Positions 13,560 through 26,710 of a DNA stretch of 64,000 bases are shown here, piece after piece. The notes under the pieces were generated by a model. It searched no databases and was not told where the DNA came from. It worked only from the letters and a program-made list of their open reading frames with translations. The translations under genes were made by a program, and so were the position numbers. Origin of the DNA: Camelus dromedarius (lineage: Eukaryota); NCBI RefSeq assembly GCF_036321535.1, contig NC_087437.1:91080001-91144000 (forward strand), written 5' to 3'. Within the stretch, counting starts at the first letter, position 1; every line of letters starts with the position of its first letter.

Positions 13560-13860
13560 TTTTTTTTTAATGTGTTAAGAACACTTAACATGAGATCTAC
13601 CCTCTTAACAAATTTTGAAACAGACAACACATTATTGTTAACTACAGGTACCATGTTGTATGGCAGATCTCTAAAACTTACTCAGCTTGCATAACTGAAA
13701 CTTTGAATTCCCCATTTGCACCTCCCCACAGCCACAGGTTACCACTCTACTCTCTGCTTCTATGAATTTGACTACTTTGCATACCTCATATAAGTGAAAT
13801 CATACAGTATTTGTCCCTGTGTAATGGGCACATTTCACTTAGAATAAGGTTCATCCATGT
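13560..13860 (-). mobile_element. L1MA9/L1MB-type LINE-1 3'UTR fragment
   Basis: T-tract, then aagaacacttaacatgagatctaccctcttaacaaatttt...tacctcatataagtgaaatcatacagtatttgtcc...ggttcatccatgt. Confidence 0.85.
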
Positions 13861-13899
13861 GTATATTTCTTTTTATTATAAATCGTATCTTTTCTATTA

Positions 13900-15700
13900 T
13901 TTTTACTTTTTTAATATAAACAATTTATTCATAAGGTCAAAAACAATAAACAAAAAAGCAAACAAGCAGCTAATTTAAAGCTATTAGAAGTAAAAACTTA
14001 ATATAGGTTGTCTCATGGTCTGTCTCCCAACCTCCAGCTAGAGGCAGCTACTGTGCAGAGTTAAAGTGTATTCTTCCAGACACTTATACAACATAAACTT
14101 CTATATTTGCATTATTTTGTTAAGTTCTGTTTCATTTAATAATTTTCACTTACGTTGCAGCAAATATTGCATCACACTTTAAGAGCAATATTTGTGCTAT
14201 GTGTATATATGTTTGTGTGTAAATGCATGCGTTATTTATATTATTATGCTTTTTCAGGGACTTTTTTCAATTAGACAATGATTTTTTTCCCTTAGAGTAA
14301 ATATCAGATATCATTGTCAACTTCTTCAGCATTGGAAAGACGAGATTTAATCTTTGAAGCTATTAATAGAATGAGTTATATGAATAGAATTTTTTAATAT
14401 TAAAATATTATTTAATTCCCGCCATAAGCTATAATTGGTCAAAAGTGTTACTCTTTTAATATCCTGCTACATTTTGTTAGAATATGTTGAAGCTTTGTGC
14501 TTCAGTATATTCAAACTGAGATTTTTGTCGTTTGCCTTTGTGTTTTGTATCAGATGTTGGTATCTGTGTTATTCTGTCTTTATATAAATGCTTGAGGTCT
14601 GTATGGTCTGCATTAGTTTACACAGGTCTGTCAAGGGCTGCGTCTTATGTTTGATAGGATGCATACAGGAAATTTTCTGGCCTGCTGATTTTTGGAAGTG
14701 GTGACATTTTGATAGTTTTTCTTTTTACTGTAATCGTAATTGAATAATATGAGTTTCCTGGCTTCCTCAGGGTCAGTGTTTTCCTAAAGAAGTATGCATT
14801 TCACTGAAATGTTCAAATTTACAATCTTAATAAATATGCCTCTTTTACTTTTCTACTTTATGCTTTATGTATTATAACTATGTTCTCCCTTTTTTATTCA
14901 GTTAGCCCTTAGAATGTATATTTAATGTTTGTTTTTAAAGAACTAGCTTATAATTAATTAATGATAATGTGAATTAATTAATTTATAAATCCTTTTAAAA
15001 TATATTTATAATTTATTTCTGGATTATTTTTTTCAGACTTTTTAACTGTTTAAATAATCAACTATGCCTTTTTTTTAAAATTTACATTTGTTCTCTGAAT
15101 TTTCCTCTCATTACCTATGCAGACGTAATGTGTAGGATGCACATAATATTTCATTGTCACGATTTCTTTTCCCCACTTGTAATGTTATTTTTTTTCTCTT
15201 CTCTCCTTCTCCATGTTCTTTTCCTCATCCTCCTTCTTCTCCTCCTCTCCTCCTCTCATCCTTTCCCTCCCTCTCCTGACTCCTTTCCCTCCCCCCTCCT
15301 TTACCCTCTTCATTCTTCCTGCTCCTCGTCCTCTCCTGTCTGCTGCTTCTCCCTTCTCTTGGCCCTGGAATGCAGACATGTGAGTTAATTCTACCTCAGT
15401 GCTCATAGATTGCTATTATCGCCAGTCTTGTCAATTTTCTCTTTCTTTTTTGATGCATTCACCTATCTATTTATTTATTCCCGTTTTTTTTATTTCCTTT
15501 TTATTCCTCATTATAGGTAACCTCTGATAATGCTTTTGATAAATATTCTTAAATCCATAGGTATCATTGCCAAAAAAGTAGTTCTAGTTTAACTTTCTCT
15601 ACTCTTTGGCACTGAAAGCAGGATTGCTTCTAATTCCATGCAGCCACAACTGATGCTGAGATAACAATCTCTAAATATGTTCCTTTGCTAGAGATAACAC
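13900..15700 (-). mobile_element. Highly decayed L1ME/HAL1-like fragments
   Basis: Patchy reverse-strand motifs (agaggcagctactgt...gtattcttccagac; atcagatgttggtatctgtgttattctg; taggtaacctctgataa). Subfamily is not resolvable by eye. Confidence 0.4.
15190..15358. repeat. CT-rich low-complexity / (TCC)n-like tract
   Basis: Near-pure pyrimidine tract of ttc/tcc units. Confidence 0.9.
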
Positions 15701-16113
15701 CACTTTAGGGTTTGTCTTTGTTATGCTGATTTGCTGATGAGCTGAAGTATTACAGCTCCTAGAGAAAGACAGAATTGTGTGGGTTTTTTAACAATTGAAT
15801 TTATAAATAATATGTATATATACTGTTATTTACTTTATTACTAATCATCACTGAGCTTAAAGTATGACAGTGCACATTGTAAATCTTCAAGAAATGGTAT
15901 ACTATACAGTATGTTGTAAGTCTTCTTGAGCATATAAATTTCATCTGGGAAGCATCATGTAAGACAAGAATCATGTAAGACATCATGTAACACACTTAAA
16001 AAAATTATCTTTCTCAATTCTAATTTTGCATTTTTAGTAACCTTTTCTTCTTCTTTATATGGGTAGAGGCTAGATTGTTTTTATTTGTTCTGAAGAACTG
16101 ATTAATGAATCAA

Positions 16114-16149
<36 letters not shown>

Positions 16150-16158
16150 TATATATAT
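16114..16158. repeat. Compound microsatellite (AT)n(AC)n(TA)n
   Basis: Directly visible. Confidence 0.95.
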
Positions 16159-16179
16159 CTTGATCAGTGTGTCCCTCCC

Positions 16180-16600
16180 TCTTCTTACCTGAAGGTATCC
16201 ACTATTGCTAGAATACTTTATATTTTTACTAGAGATCTAAATATTGTATTTACAAACTAGATATGACATTTTGCTTGCTTGTTTTCATTTTATTCAATAA
16301 CAATCATTCCTTATTTTTCTGCCACTTGCTTTTTTTAACTCAACATTATTTTTGAGTAGTTATTCATAAAGAAACCATGATTCTACTTCATTATTGTAAC
16401 TGCTGTGCCATATCACATTGTATGAATATGCCACAAATGATGTGTCTGTTTTCCTACGTTTAGACATTTGTTTTAAATTTTCAATATGGCATCAGTGGAG
16501 AAACAAACATTCTATACATGCATGCATTCCTATTCCCATAAATAGAGAGATATTGATATAGATTAGTATGGGAAAATGCCCATTCATATTCATCATTTGA
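16180..16600 (-). mobile_element. L1ME-type 3' fragment
   Basis: gccacttgctttttttaactcaacattatttttgag...tcacattgtatgaatatgccacaa is a reverse L1ME 3' region. Confidence 0.6.
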
Positions 16601-16619
16601 TGATTTTTTTTGTTTCATT

Positions 16620-18500
16620 TTAATGTTCATTAATTTATCGTAACATTAAAAAGTAGATATATCGATGCTAGAAAATAATTTTTTTTTCTGTTTAAGAAAA
16701 AAGATGCAAATGTAAAGTCATATAACTTCAGAAAACAATTTTTGATTTTAAATGTAAATACACAAGGTCAATCTCAATTTTTGCTTTTAAAAAATGTGTC
16801 ACCTAAAAACAATAGAGATAGATAGATAGATCACCTAACCCTATTCACTAGTAGTTTAGAAGCAATGATACTCCAGTTGAAATGAATACTCCTATTGCCG
16901 ATATCTTGATTTTTTAAAATTTCATACTCCAATAAAAATCCAAGGCTTCTCAGAAAAATGTCTGATTCTAGGTCTGGAACAGTGGAAATATACGATCAGT
17001 TTGGTGTATCTCCAAAAGAAAAGAAGTGTTCAAATCTCTGAGTCCACTGTGCTACTCACATTAGAGTTTACAATTTTATATGTTCCTGTTTTGGATGATT
17101 ATATACCAACTCTTTCATCTGAAAATTCTTCCAATTTTCTGGTCCGATGGGGACTTCCTAGAATAATTATAATAGCACTCAGTAATATAGAAGTAACATT
17201 CCAAATATGCACAATGTTATGAAACAACAGGCATATGCATATCCTGTTACTGCAGCTGTGTCTGTAATTTGTTATCCAGTGCCAACAGAAAATTCTTAAT
17301 AAGTCTTTAGAACTATATGTAAATGTATGTTTTTCATACTTGCTCTTTGTGTGTTATCAGACAAGACAGTTACTGAAGACACATGGGAAATGCAGAAATG
17401 ACATTAAATAATGGTGCTCTTTTTTCATCATTGAAATTGTGTATTTCTTTATATTACAGAAACAATTTTTTAGGTTTTCTTTTTTAGTACCAGAAAATAC
17501 AGGTAATGTTTCAAAAAAGCAGATATACAGTCATTTGGAAAGCAATAAATGAAAGCAATGCATGGCCTTCAAAAAAAAAAATTGGAGACAATTAAAAGAG
17601 AAAAGGCATTAAGCATTCCATTTTATGAAAACATTTCGTTATCCCAGTTGATGAGAAAAAGCTTCATTTTGTAGAAGAATCCCAAATAGTGAATGTAGAA
17701 AGGTCTATAAAGTTAACAGATAATATCTTTGTAATATTCCATTGGTATACATACTTCAAGGAACACCAATGGGTGCTAAAAAATTCTGTGTAATATGTTG
17801 GGAAATAGCTTATTCCCATAATGCAACCTTATCACCTAATAGATGAGTTGAAAATTGCATACAAGATCTAACATAGCATCAATAATTGTAAACCACACTG
17901 ACATGTATTCCAATGTGATTCAATATAAAACGCATAGCATCATCTAATATTACTGAAAAATATTTTACCTGAAATTGGTTGTCTTAAGACATAAGTTTCA
18001 ATCTATAGAAAATTCAGAAGATGGAATATTTTACAAGACATTATGTCTGGTTTCATCAAAAAGGCAGTGTTATATTAAAAAGATGGGGAGAGAATCATGC
18101 TTCCATATTAAAAGGAATTACAAAGACAAATATTTAAAGCAAAGTGGGAAGCTTGATTGGATATTTGATTAAGCAAGTAAGGTGCATTTTGAGAACAATT
18201 TGTAGAATTTGAGTATGGTTAAGTATTGGGAATTTACTTAGATTTGATAAAACTATAGTATTTATGTGAGAGAAATTCCTTGGTTTTATGATATGCATGC
18301 TAAACTATTCAGGAGTCAAGAGTAATTTTGCCTATAAATATTTTCCACAAATATGTCTGCCTGCACACACAAACAACACACATAAAAACACGTGCTAAAT
18401 CACATGTATAGGCCAGTGTATGTACAGGTTTGTATGTATATATGTATATGGATGGACATCCTCTCTACATTGAGTGAATGAATATTTTCAATTTAAAGTT
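16620..18500 (+). mobile_element. L1MC4-like LINE-1 3' region, interrupted by a DDX5 retrocopy
   Basis: Left part: tactccagttgaaatgaatactcctattgccgatatcttg...ccaaggcttctcagaaaaatgtctgattctaggtctggaacag...gaagtgttcaaa. It resumes after ~17620 with gaagaatcccaaatagtgaatgtagaa...caatgggtgctaaaa and later L1MC motifs. Confidence 0.7.
17141..17581 (+). pseudogene. DDX5: 5'-truncated processed pseudogene fragment of DDX5 (p68 DEAD-box helicase): last ~53 codons plus 3'UTR
   Basis: The frame from 17141 reads GPMGTS*NNYNSTQ*YRSNIPNMHNVMKQQAYAYPVTAAVSVICYPVPTENS**, against the DDX5 C-terminus as I recall it: GNPTGTYQNGYDSTQQYGSNVPNMHNGMNQQAYAYPATAAAPMIGYPMPTGYSQ*. The native stop is at 17300-17302. 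It is followed by DDX5-like 3'UTR (tttagaactatatgtaaatg...catgggaaatgcagaaatgac...caataaatgaaagcaatgcatggccttc), AATAAA at 17544-17549 and an A-tract at 17571-17581. All three premature stops fall at Gln codons. Confidence 0.92.
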
Positions 18501-19244
18501 CAAAAAAATTATTTAATTTCCACTAAAGTCCTATTCTGATCTTTTGTGGGAAAGCTTATCTTTGTTAGCATTTTAGATATTGGATATCTTATTTGTTACA
18601 AATTTGGTTTTACAGCCATTTTTTGAGTAATTGGAAAAGATTATTTGCTTTTTGGTTTTGTTATTTTAGCTGTTGTTCTCCTATATTTATGTCTTTTTCA
18701 CATTTTTGCAGTTTTGTGTTGGCTCTGCCGGTCCCAAGCCTCTGTCCTGAGCCAAGTGTTATAATCATAGGCTGCTGCTTTTGCTTTGTAGTGGTATTTG
18801 GGCTAGAAATCCATCCATAGGCCCAGTGGGAGAACTGGATCAGCTTCTGCTTGAAAAGCTCCTTGCCTTCCACCACTCAGAGATTTGCAACTTACTCTAA
18901 AACTATCACATCAGGCCTAGTGTGGGCAACTTCTATTTTTTAGTGTGCTTTCAAGATAGAGGAACTTCACATAAGCGGCTGGTTTTAAACTCAGGCACTG
19001 ACTCCAGGCTCTCCTCTCTCATTAAGTACTTCAGACTGATAATTTGAGTATGAGGTGACTTCCTGCTAGTCTTTATTAACACCTAGAGCCCAACAGACCC
19101 ACAGGTTTCTCCTTAGCTTTGATGTTTTTTTTCCTTTTTAGGCAATAAATACGTGTTCATTGTTTTGAGTCTTGAACTGTCCTTTTCTTATTTATTTCTA
19201 TTTATCATTGCCCTGTGCGCTTGCTATTCATTGGTCAAGAAATA

Positions 19245-19390
19245 AATAACAACATTGCAATCACATGGAAAATTATTAGAATTGAAGATGCTTAGGCCTA
19301 GCTCAGGTATACTGAATCATAATTTGCAGTTTAATAAATTTCCCAAGTGATTCAAATTTACATTAATTTTTAAGAAGCACTAGTTTAGAG
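19245..19390. mobile_element. MER5-type hAT MITE fragment
   Basis: aatcacatggaaaattattag...gatgcttaggcc...actgaatcataatttgc...cccaagtgattc...aagaagcactagtttagag. Confidence 0.55.
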
Positions 19391-20199
19391 CAGAAGGATA
19401 CATTGAAGTGTGATCTCTCAGCGTCCTCCTGACCAAAAATCTGGGAACATATTACAGAAGAGCCAAAAGTTTCTGTATATTCTGAGTGGTTAGAACTGAT
19501 TTAATTCTGCAAAATTAACACATACTTTTGATTGGCCATTACAATTTTTAAGACACAAACAGACGATGCTTAAACCTGCAATACATTTATTTGTACATTA
19601 CTTATTTTCTAGTTTTGAGTATTACAGATAATAATTGTAAAATCACTTGATATTTTGTTTTATGTTTAATTATTTTTCTTACTAGATACTTTTCTTCTTT
19701 TCTTGGCTTAGAAAGTTTTCTACTTTCATTATTTTTGTCTAAATTATAGTGAACATTATCAATCTATAAGTTTAGATATTTTATCAGCAAATAAATGTAT
19801 TTTTCACTAATTATTCTTTTTGCTATGTTTGTTCTAAATATATCTCTAACAATTTAATTACTTTTGGTTTCTCTCACGTCCCTTGAAATTTGAATTGTGG
19901 AACAATATAAACACTACAAACATTTGTATCAATTCTTTTAAAATTCAAAATACATATTCTTTCTCAAGATGATAGCTGATTGATATGTAGCTCATTTAAA
20001 GAATTGTACAATATGATAAATTTATCTTTGGGAGAAAATCAAAACCTCTGGGTGATATAGAAGGATATGCTTTACTGGACTATATTTGAGTGTACAGACT
20101 GTAAGTCATAACTATACAGAAATGATGATACTTTATGTGAGTGGATTAAACAGAAAATGGCTTGTAATGGCAAAATATAAGGGATCCAGCCAAAGACCC

Positions 20200-23100
20200 A
20201 CTTTCATAGTAAGTGAAATATTGATGAGGCAGAGATAGAACATAAATAATTAAGGAGAAAAAAGATATCCTTTGTAAAGAGACGGTAAGTGATATGGAGA
20301 ATAATAAAATGTTTAAGGGGAACAGAGAAATTATAAATAAAATGGTCAAGAAAATCACACTAATCAAGTCATATTTAGAACTGCAGAAAGTAAGAAGTGA
20401 GTCATTCAGATGTGTGGAGTGACAAGGGAAAGAATGTCCCAGGCACAAAGAATTTCAAGGTAAAGTCTTAATGGAGGATGATTCTCCCATTTGTAGAAAC
20501 AGTAAAGAAACCTGATAGGGGTGAATAATTGGAGGTGAAATTGGAAAGATTGGAGACAACAAACGACATAGGTTTGTAGGCCACTCTAAGGTCATTAAGT
20601 TTTACTATAGGTAGGGTAAAAATCCACTGAAAGTTTATGAGCAAAGTATGATATTGATAACATTGAAAAAATTCCATTTTAACTGATGTGTTGTGAATAA
20701 GGTTTATGTGAATAATGAGGGTAGCAGAGGCACTTTTTAGGAGGTTACTGAAACTAGGGGGAAAAAATCATGGATTTGAGCAGATAGTAGAGGATGTCCT
20801 GCTTCTGGAGATATATATTTAAGGAGAATATATATCGTGGTAAACAGAATAACAACCCCCTAAATATATTCATATCCTGATCCTTATAACCTGTGGATAT
20901 GTTACTTTACATACCTGGGAAGTTTTTAACTTAAAGTTTGAGGATATTATTAACTTCATTAACCTGAGTTGAGGATATTATATTAGATTATCTGTATTCA
21001 TCAAAAATAATCACTATGGTCCTTAAAAATGAAAGGGATAAACAAAAGAGAATCAGATGGAGTTTTCACTATAGAAAGACTTAGAGATACGCAACATTTC
21101 TGGCTTTCAAGATAGTGCAAGGGGGTCTCTGGAATATAGAAGAGGCAAGGAAAATTATTATCTTCTAGAGCCTTCAGAAAGGATTTACAGCCTTGCTGAC
21201 CCCTTGATTTTAGACCAATGATACCTGTCTGGGCTGTCTGACATACAGAACCGTATGATAACATAACTGTGTTGTTTTAAGCAATGAAGTTTGTAGTAAT
21301 TCGTTATAGCAGCAATAGAAAACTTATACAGATTTTGATACCTACAGTTAGAATACTACTTTAACAAATACCTAGAAATTTGAGAGTAGTTTTAGGATTG
21401 GGCAATGAGAAAAGGTGGAAGAATTTTTTAGGAATAGACAGAAAAGGCTTAGATTGACTTTAAAAGGCTGTGAGTAGAAATATGGATTTTAACAACCCTG
21501 CTATTTCATGTCTAGGAAGAAGTGAGGATCACGGTATAGAAAACATATATCACTTTAAATAATACCTAAATCATCTCTTGGTAAGAATATGGATATCAAA
21601 GACACTGCTGATTCAAAGGAAAAGGAAGGACATGTTATTGGAAACTGCAGAAAGAAAATTCTTGTTATATAATGACAGAAATTAGCATAATTATGTCCTG
21701 AAGTTAACTGGAAAGTAGAACTTGTAAACTGAAATTGGACATTAGCTGAATTGATTTCCAAGCATAGTGTTTGGATGTAGACTGGTTTATTTGATACTAA
21801 CAGCAAAATATGAGAGGAAAGAAATAAATTGAAGAAAGAGCTACTAAACAAAAAGAAAAAAGGAATTGATGATTTAGGAAATAATCTATCCAGATTTGTA
21901 AAAGTTGTTAAAATTCACTGCCAGGAAAGTGCACTCTAGAAAAAAAGTCAGAAGGTGTGGCTGTATAACCTTTAGCTAATGTGTTAGAAAGACCAAAAGG
22001 TCAAAGAATTCAGTCAAAGTCTCTTTGAAGAAATTTAGAGTATAAATCACAGATCCCTTTAGTCAAATCAGAAAGCATTCATTAAGTAGAAACTTAATGA
22101 ATTTGTTCCCTCAGTCATCTCAGCAAAAGCAAAATAATAGAGATGGGATTATCTGGAAAATATCTATGATTAACTCTTTTGTAATAGAGTAAATCCTCAT
22201 GACATGCATAGAAGAGCCAGGAGGCTCTTGGGAATGTCATATCAGCAGAAACACTACCAGTTGGGACCAAAAAGGACAGAAAGACTAAAAAGAAGGCTGC
22301 CAGATGCCCAAATCTCTACATGCTACTCGACTGCAAATACTCAGAAGGCAGAAGCACTTGTCCAGAGGATTAAACCACAAACCATGGAAGATTATTCCTA
22401 GATCTTCAACCCTAATGCAGTTTGTCAGACTGGATTTCAGCATTTCTTGGGACTGGTGATGGCTTTGTTTCTTCCATTTTCTCCCTTTTTAAATTGGAAT
22501 GTCCATAGTAGCTACTTTATGTCCTAACACCATCATATTTTGGTAGCAGATACCTTGTCTCTTTAGTATCAGAGATCCACAGTTAATGAGAATGTGACTC
22601 AGGCTGGATCACAGCCAGAATATCACCTTTGCCTAATTTAGATGATTTAGATAATGACATTTGAAACTTTTTAGTTGATGAGATTTAAATAAATTTTAGA
22701 CTTTGAGTGGACCCTATATGGGTTTTAGACTTGTAGGAATCTTGAGATAGGGTAAATTTATTTTGCCTGTGAGATGGATGAGAATCTTTGGGAGACAGAG
22801 GATGGACTTTGGTCACAGAAAAATGACCCCCAAAATATCTTCACATCCTATTCCCCAGAATTTGTAATATGTTTCCTAAGGAACTTTGTATATATAATTA
22901 AATTAAGACTGGAAAAGGAAGATTAAAAAGAGAGAAGGAAAAAAAAATTATAGACACATAGATTGTTAGTGGTTTTGAATTTGGAAGAAGAGGACCTCTA
23001 AAAGTAGAAAAGGCAAGGAAATGAATTATTTCTATAGCCTCTGGTAAGAAACACAACCCTGCAGATAACTATGATTTTAGCCCATGAGACCTAGGTAGGA

Positions 23101-23800
23101 TGTCTTACCTACAGAACTGTAAAATAATAAATTAGTGTTGTTTTAAGCCACATTCTAATTTGTTATAGTGGTAAACAGAAAGTTAATACAAAAAAGTTAA
23201 CATTATTTGCTGATAGATTCGAAATCAAGTGTGAAAGAAAGAACTCAAGAGAAACCTTCAGGATCTAGAAAACTAAAGTAGGAGCAATTTTTAGAGGCAA
23301 GATAAAATACTCAGTTTTGAAGGTGATAGATTGGTTGGTGATAACCATTAGCTATCCAAGTAGAGCTGCTGAGGTTATTGGACAAATGACTGGGAATGTA
23401 GGGGCTGGTCCAGGTTACAGATGCACATGTGCTAGCCCCTTTCTTCTAGATGGTATTTCAAGCCATGAGAGAGAACGAGGATGGGATCCCCTGTAAGGTG
23501 AATGTAGGCAGAAAACAAAAGAGAAACAAGATCTAAAGTCTGGGACACTCTAAAGTTTAGAAGTCAGGATCATGAAGAAAAACCAGGAAGGATCACTGAG
23601 AAGGACTCAATAAAGTGGAAAAAGTTGTTTTCGCAGAAGCCATGTGAACAGAGCATTTCAAGGAGAAGAATGATGAACAGTGAACTGCTATTAAAATCCG
23701 AACTGAGAATTGACAATATATTTAGCAATGTGAAGTTCATAGGTGACCTTAAAAAGAAAAATATTTATGTGATGATAAGGAAAAAAAATTCTGGATATAT
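20200..23800 (-). mobile_element. L2a LINE-2, split by an MLT1D provirus
   Basis: L2 body on the left (gaatgtcccaggcacaaagaatttcaaggtaaagtc...tttgtaggccactctaagg...ctggagatatattt) continues after 23190 (atttgctgatagattcg...tcagttttgaagg...tatccaagtagag...tttcaagccatgaga). Confidence 0.75.
20836..23190 (+). mobile_element. Full-structure MaLR provirus, MLT1D-like: 5' LTR 20836-21330, internal 21331-22807, 3' LTR 22808-23190
   Basis: Both LTRs start with a (t/c)gtgg-like end, then cagaa..a..cccc..aa.at.ttca.atcct, and finish ttgttatag..g.aa.agaaa..t.ataca. The internal region starts gattttgatacc and ends ...gagacagaggatggac, as in MLT1-int. Confidence 0.88.
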
Positions 23801-24071
23801 AAATTCTTACCAGAGGCTCATATTTTCATTTCTGGTTGCGTTTTGATTATTGTATTTTTTCTGACATTTTAGAGATGTTTTAAAGGAATCTAGATAAAGA
23901 AATGTTGGTTCTTACATCAGTGCTCATTTGCCGTAGCATGGTGTCTTCTATTCATGAAATGTTTTATTCCTGTAAGAATGAATATGATATTCAAACTCAT
24001 TAGTCAAATAGCACATGAACTGTACACATGGTAAATAAATCTCAGTATAGTTTTAACTTGTATTTTTATTT

Positions 24072-24596
24072 TCATAGGTTGATAACAAAAATGACCCCAA
24101 TTCTCCATCTTCCTATGCCCGTAACCTTTGTAGTGTGAAATTGCTATTATTACTCTTAGAAAGTAAAATTTGTTTCCTCACTTATTGAGTATGAACTGGC
24201 CTTGTGACATACTATAATTTGGTAGAAGTGACAGTGTGCCAGTCCAAGCCTAGAAATATACACAAGGGCCTATATATTTCTGATCCCCCTCTCTCTGTCT
24301 TATGGAACTCTTCTAAACCATAAGAAGCCTGAACTAGCTTGCTGGATGATAAGGCCTATTAACTTCTATTACCCCAGCCAACCAACAGCCAGCCAAAAAA
24401 CTACCAACCACCAACCAGGTGAATATTATCATTCTACATGAGCCTGCTCCCAGTGGTCCAACCTGCTGACAACAGATAGATGAGCAAGCCCAGCTCAAGG
24501 TCAATAAAGATGCTCAGATAACCTGTGAGCAATAATAACAGTGTTGTAAGTACTAACTTTTGCAGTGTTTATAATGCCAGTACTAAATAATTGACA
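24072..24596 (+). mobile_element. MLT1E/F-type solo LTR
   Basis: aaaaatgaccccaattctcc...ctggccttgtgac...gaagtgacagtgtgccagtccaagcctag...tgagcaagcccagc...aataattgaca. Confidence 0.75.
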
Positions 24597-26710
24597 TGCT
24601 TACGAGTTTGAGCATTTTTTTCACAAAAACTTTAGAGCCATTTGTATTCCTTTCTCTTTGCACTGCTGTTATGTACATTACTGAGCTTTCCTAGTAGAAT
24701 TTATTTGCTGTATACCAATTACTGGAAACTCCATTCATATTAAGAACATTAGTCTTTTCTTGCTGTGAAAGTATTTTTCCCTTGGTCATCTCTTTTGATA
24801 TTGTTTAGGTATTTCCTGCCACAGAGCAGCTCTTATCTGTACATACTGAAAGTTATCATTTTGTACCTTCTAGATGTCAACTATTTTCATAGTTTGGAAA
24901 ACTTGTTTTATCACTTCATAAGACAATTTGCTTATATTTTCATCTAGCGCTTTAATGATTTGCTTTTTAAAAATTCAACTCTTGTTCTTTCACTTTGGAG
25001 TCAAATAGAAACAAAAGAACATCACATCCATCCAAACTATGAGAAAATCCGTAAAATCTATAAAACATAGTGTTTCTGAGCTAATTTTCATGCTGAGTAT
25101 TCAAGGCAATCAGCTGAACTAAATTTGAAAGAGTGACATGCCCCTCAAATAAAAAACAAGACTCACAAAGCATTTTCCTATTACACTTAGAGTGCAGGAG
25201 ACAAGAAGATACAAGCAGATAAGAAAAAACTTGAAATGTTCATGGACATATGGCAAATTTAGTGGAGATATGAAAACTACGGAAAAGTGAAAAATGGAAA
25301 TGCTAGAAATAAAATAAAAACAAAATATTAGGAATGAAGAATATTTGTTATAAACTTAAAAAAGACCTGAGAAAGGAACCCATGAAAGTAATGATACGTC
25401 AATAGAAATCATCCAAATTGAAGTGCAGAGAGAGGGAAAAACATGAAAAAAAACCCAGTATCAGAATTCTATTGAGCAATATAAAACAGTCTAACAACAG
25501 TGTCTGGACCCTCACAATGAAAAGAGAGAAGGGAACCAAATTGAAACCTAGAAGCATTTCCATTTGCTCCACTGAGTTGAGGTGTTAACCTTATCATACA
25601 CAAAATTCCCAAGTGTATTTATGTCTATCTCTGAGCTTTCTATATTTTTCCATTTAGCTGCCTATTTCATGTTCAGTAGGGCATTTCATCAATTAATGAG
25701 CATTTATAATATATTTTAATATCTGATATGACCATCCCTCACTTATTTCTCATTTTGCATTGCTTTTCTTTAATATTGGTTATAAAATTATTTTCCTTAT
25801 AACATACAGAATCAACTTGTCTAGTTTTCAGAAAATATGTTAACATTGGTGTATTTACTGTAATCACATTATTTTCATAAATTAACTTAGAGATACTTGA
25901 CATTTTTAACATTTGCTTTTCCATAAATGCTGTATCTTTTCATTTTTAAAGATTATTTTAATGTATTTGGTAATATGTCAAAAGTTTTTCTCATATGGGC
26001 TTTGCATTTTTTTTCTAATGGAAGATATTTTCTCAAATATGTAGTGATTCTCAGCTGCATGTTTATATCAAGATTAAGATTCTGAAATGCTAGTTCACTC
26101 TGTGGTAATTAGGTGAGGACCACAAGTTTGGTTGGGAATTCTCAAAGGCATGACTTTTATTTTTGGACATAGACTTTCCCCAAGAAAGAAATATTTTAAT
26201 GTCCTGCTTGGAATGTATAAGTGCCAATATTCTGAGTGTTGAATAGAAAAAAAAATCTTGTACGTCTAATGGCTGACTTACAGGTTTTCACTTAAAGCCT
26301 TCTTTGATCTTTTATTCCATCTCTGTTGTTCATTCTAAGTCCAGAAATATTTGCCTTCCACTCTGGGGTAGGAAGTGATCTGGGGTCTAAGTGCTGCTTA
26401 TATGTGTGTTTAAACAGCCCTTCTCTATTCAGCCCTAAGCCCATAGCCAATCTTAGGGACTGCTGATGTCTCCAATCATTAGGACTTTGTGGGTTTGTGC
26501 GATATGAATCCACCTTCCCCTTAGATTATGTCCATGCTTATGTATCAGTGTTCTCTGTTCTGGTAAATCATTCACCAAGTCTCAGCTTTCTCTCTCCTCC
26601 TTTAATTGGCATATTGGTCATTACTTTTTTTACCCTCTATGCTTGTTTTAATAAGGTTTCAGATGGAAATGGAACTAAATGTTCTTAAATGCATCGTATT
26701 TAACAGATTA
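24597..26710. mobile_element. Mixed-orientation old L1M fragments (3'/ORF2 on minus; ORF1-like piece on plus at ~25240-25530)
   Basis: agtttgagcatttttttcac...gccatttgtattcc (minus); gtcaatagaaatcatccaaattgaagtgcagagagag...acagtctaac (plus); tttctatatttttccattt...ttgacatttttaacatt (minus). Confidence 0.5.

Noticed and set aside
15128..15406. Overlapping ORFs with Leu/Ser/Pro-rich and Glu/Arg/Gly-rich products
   Set aside because: These are artefacts of the CT-rich low-complexity tract.
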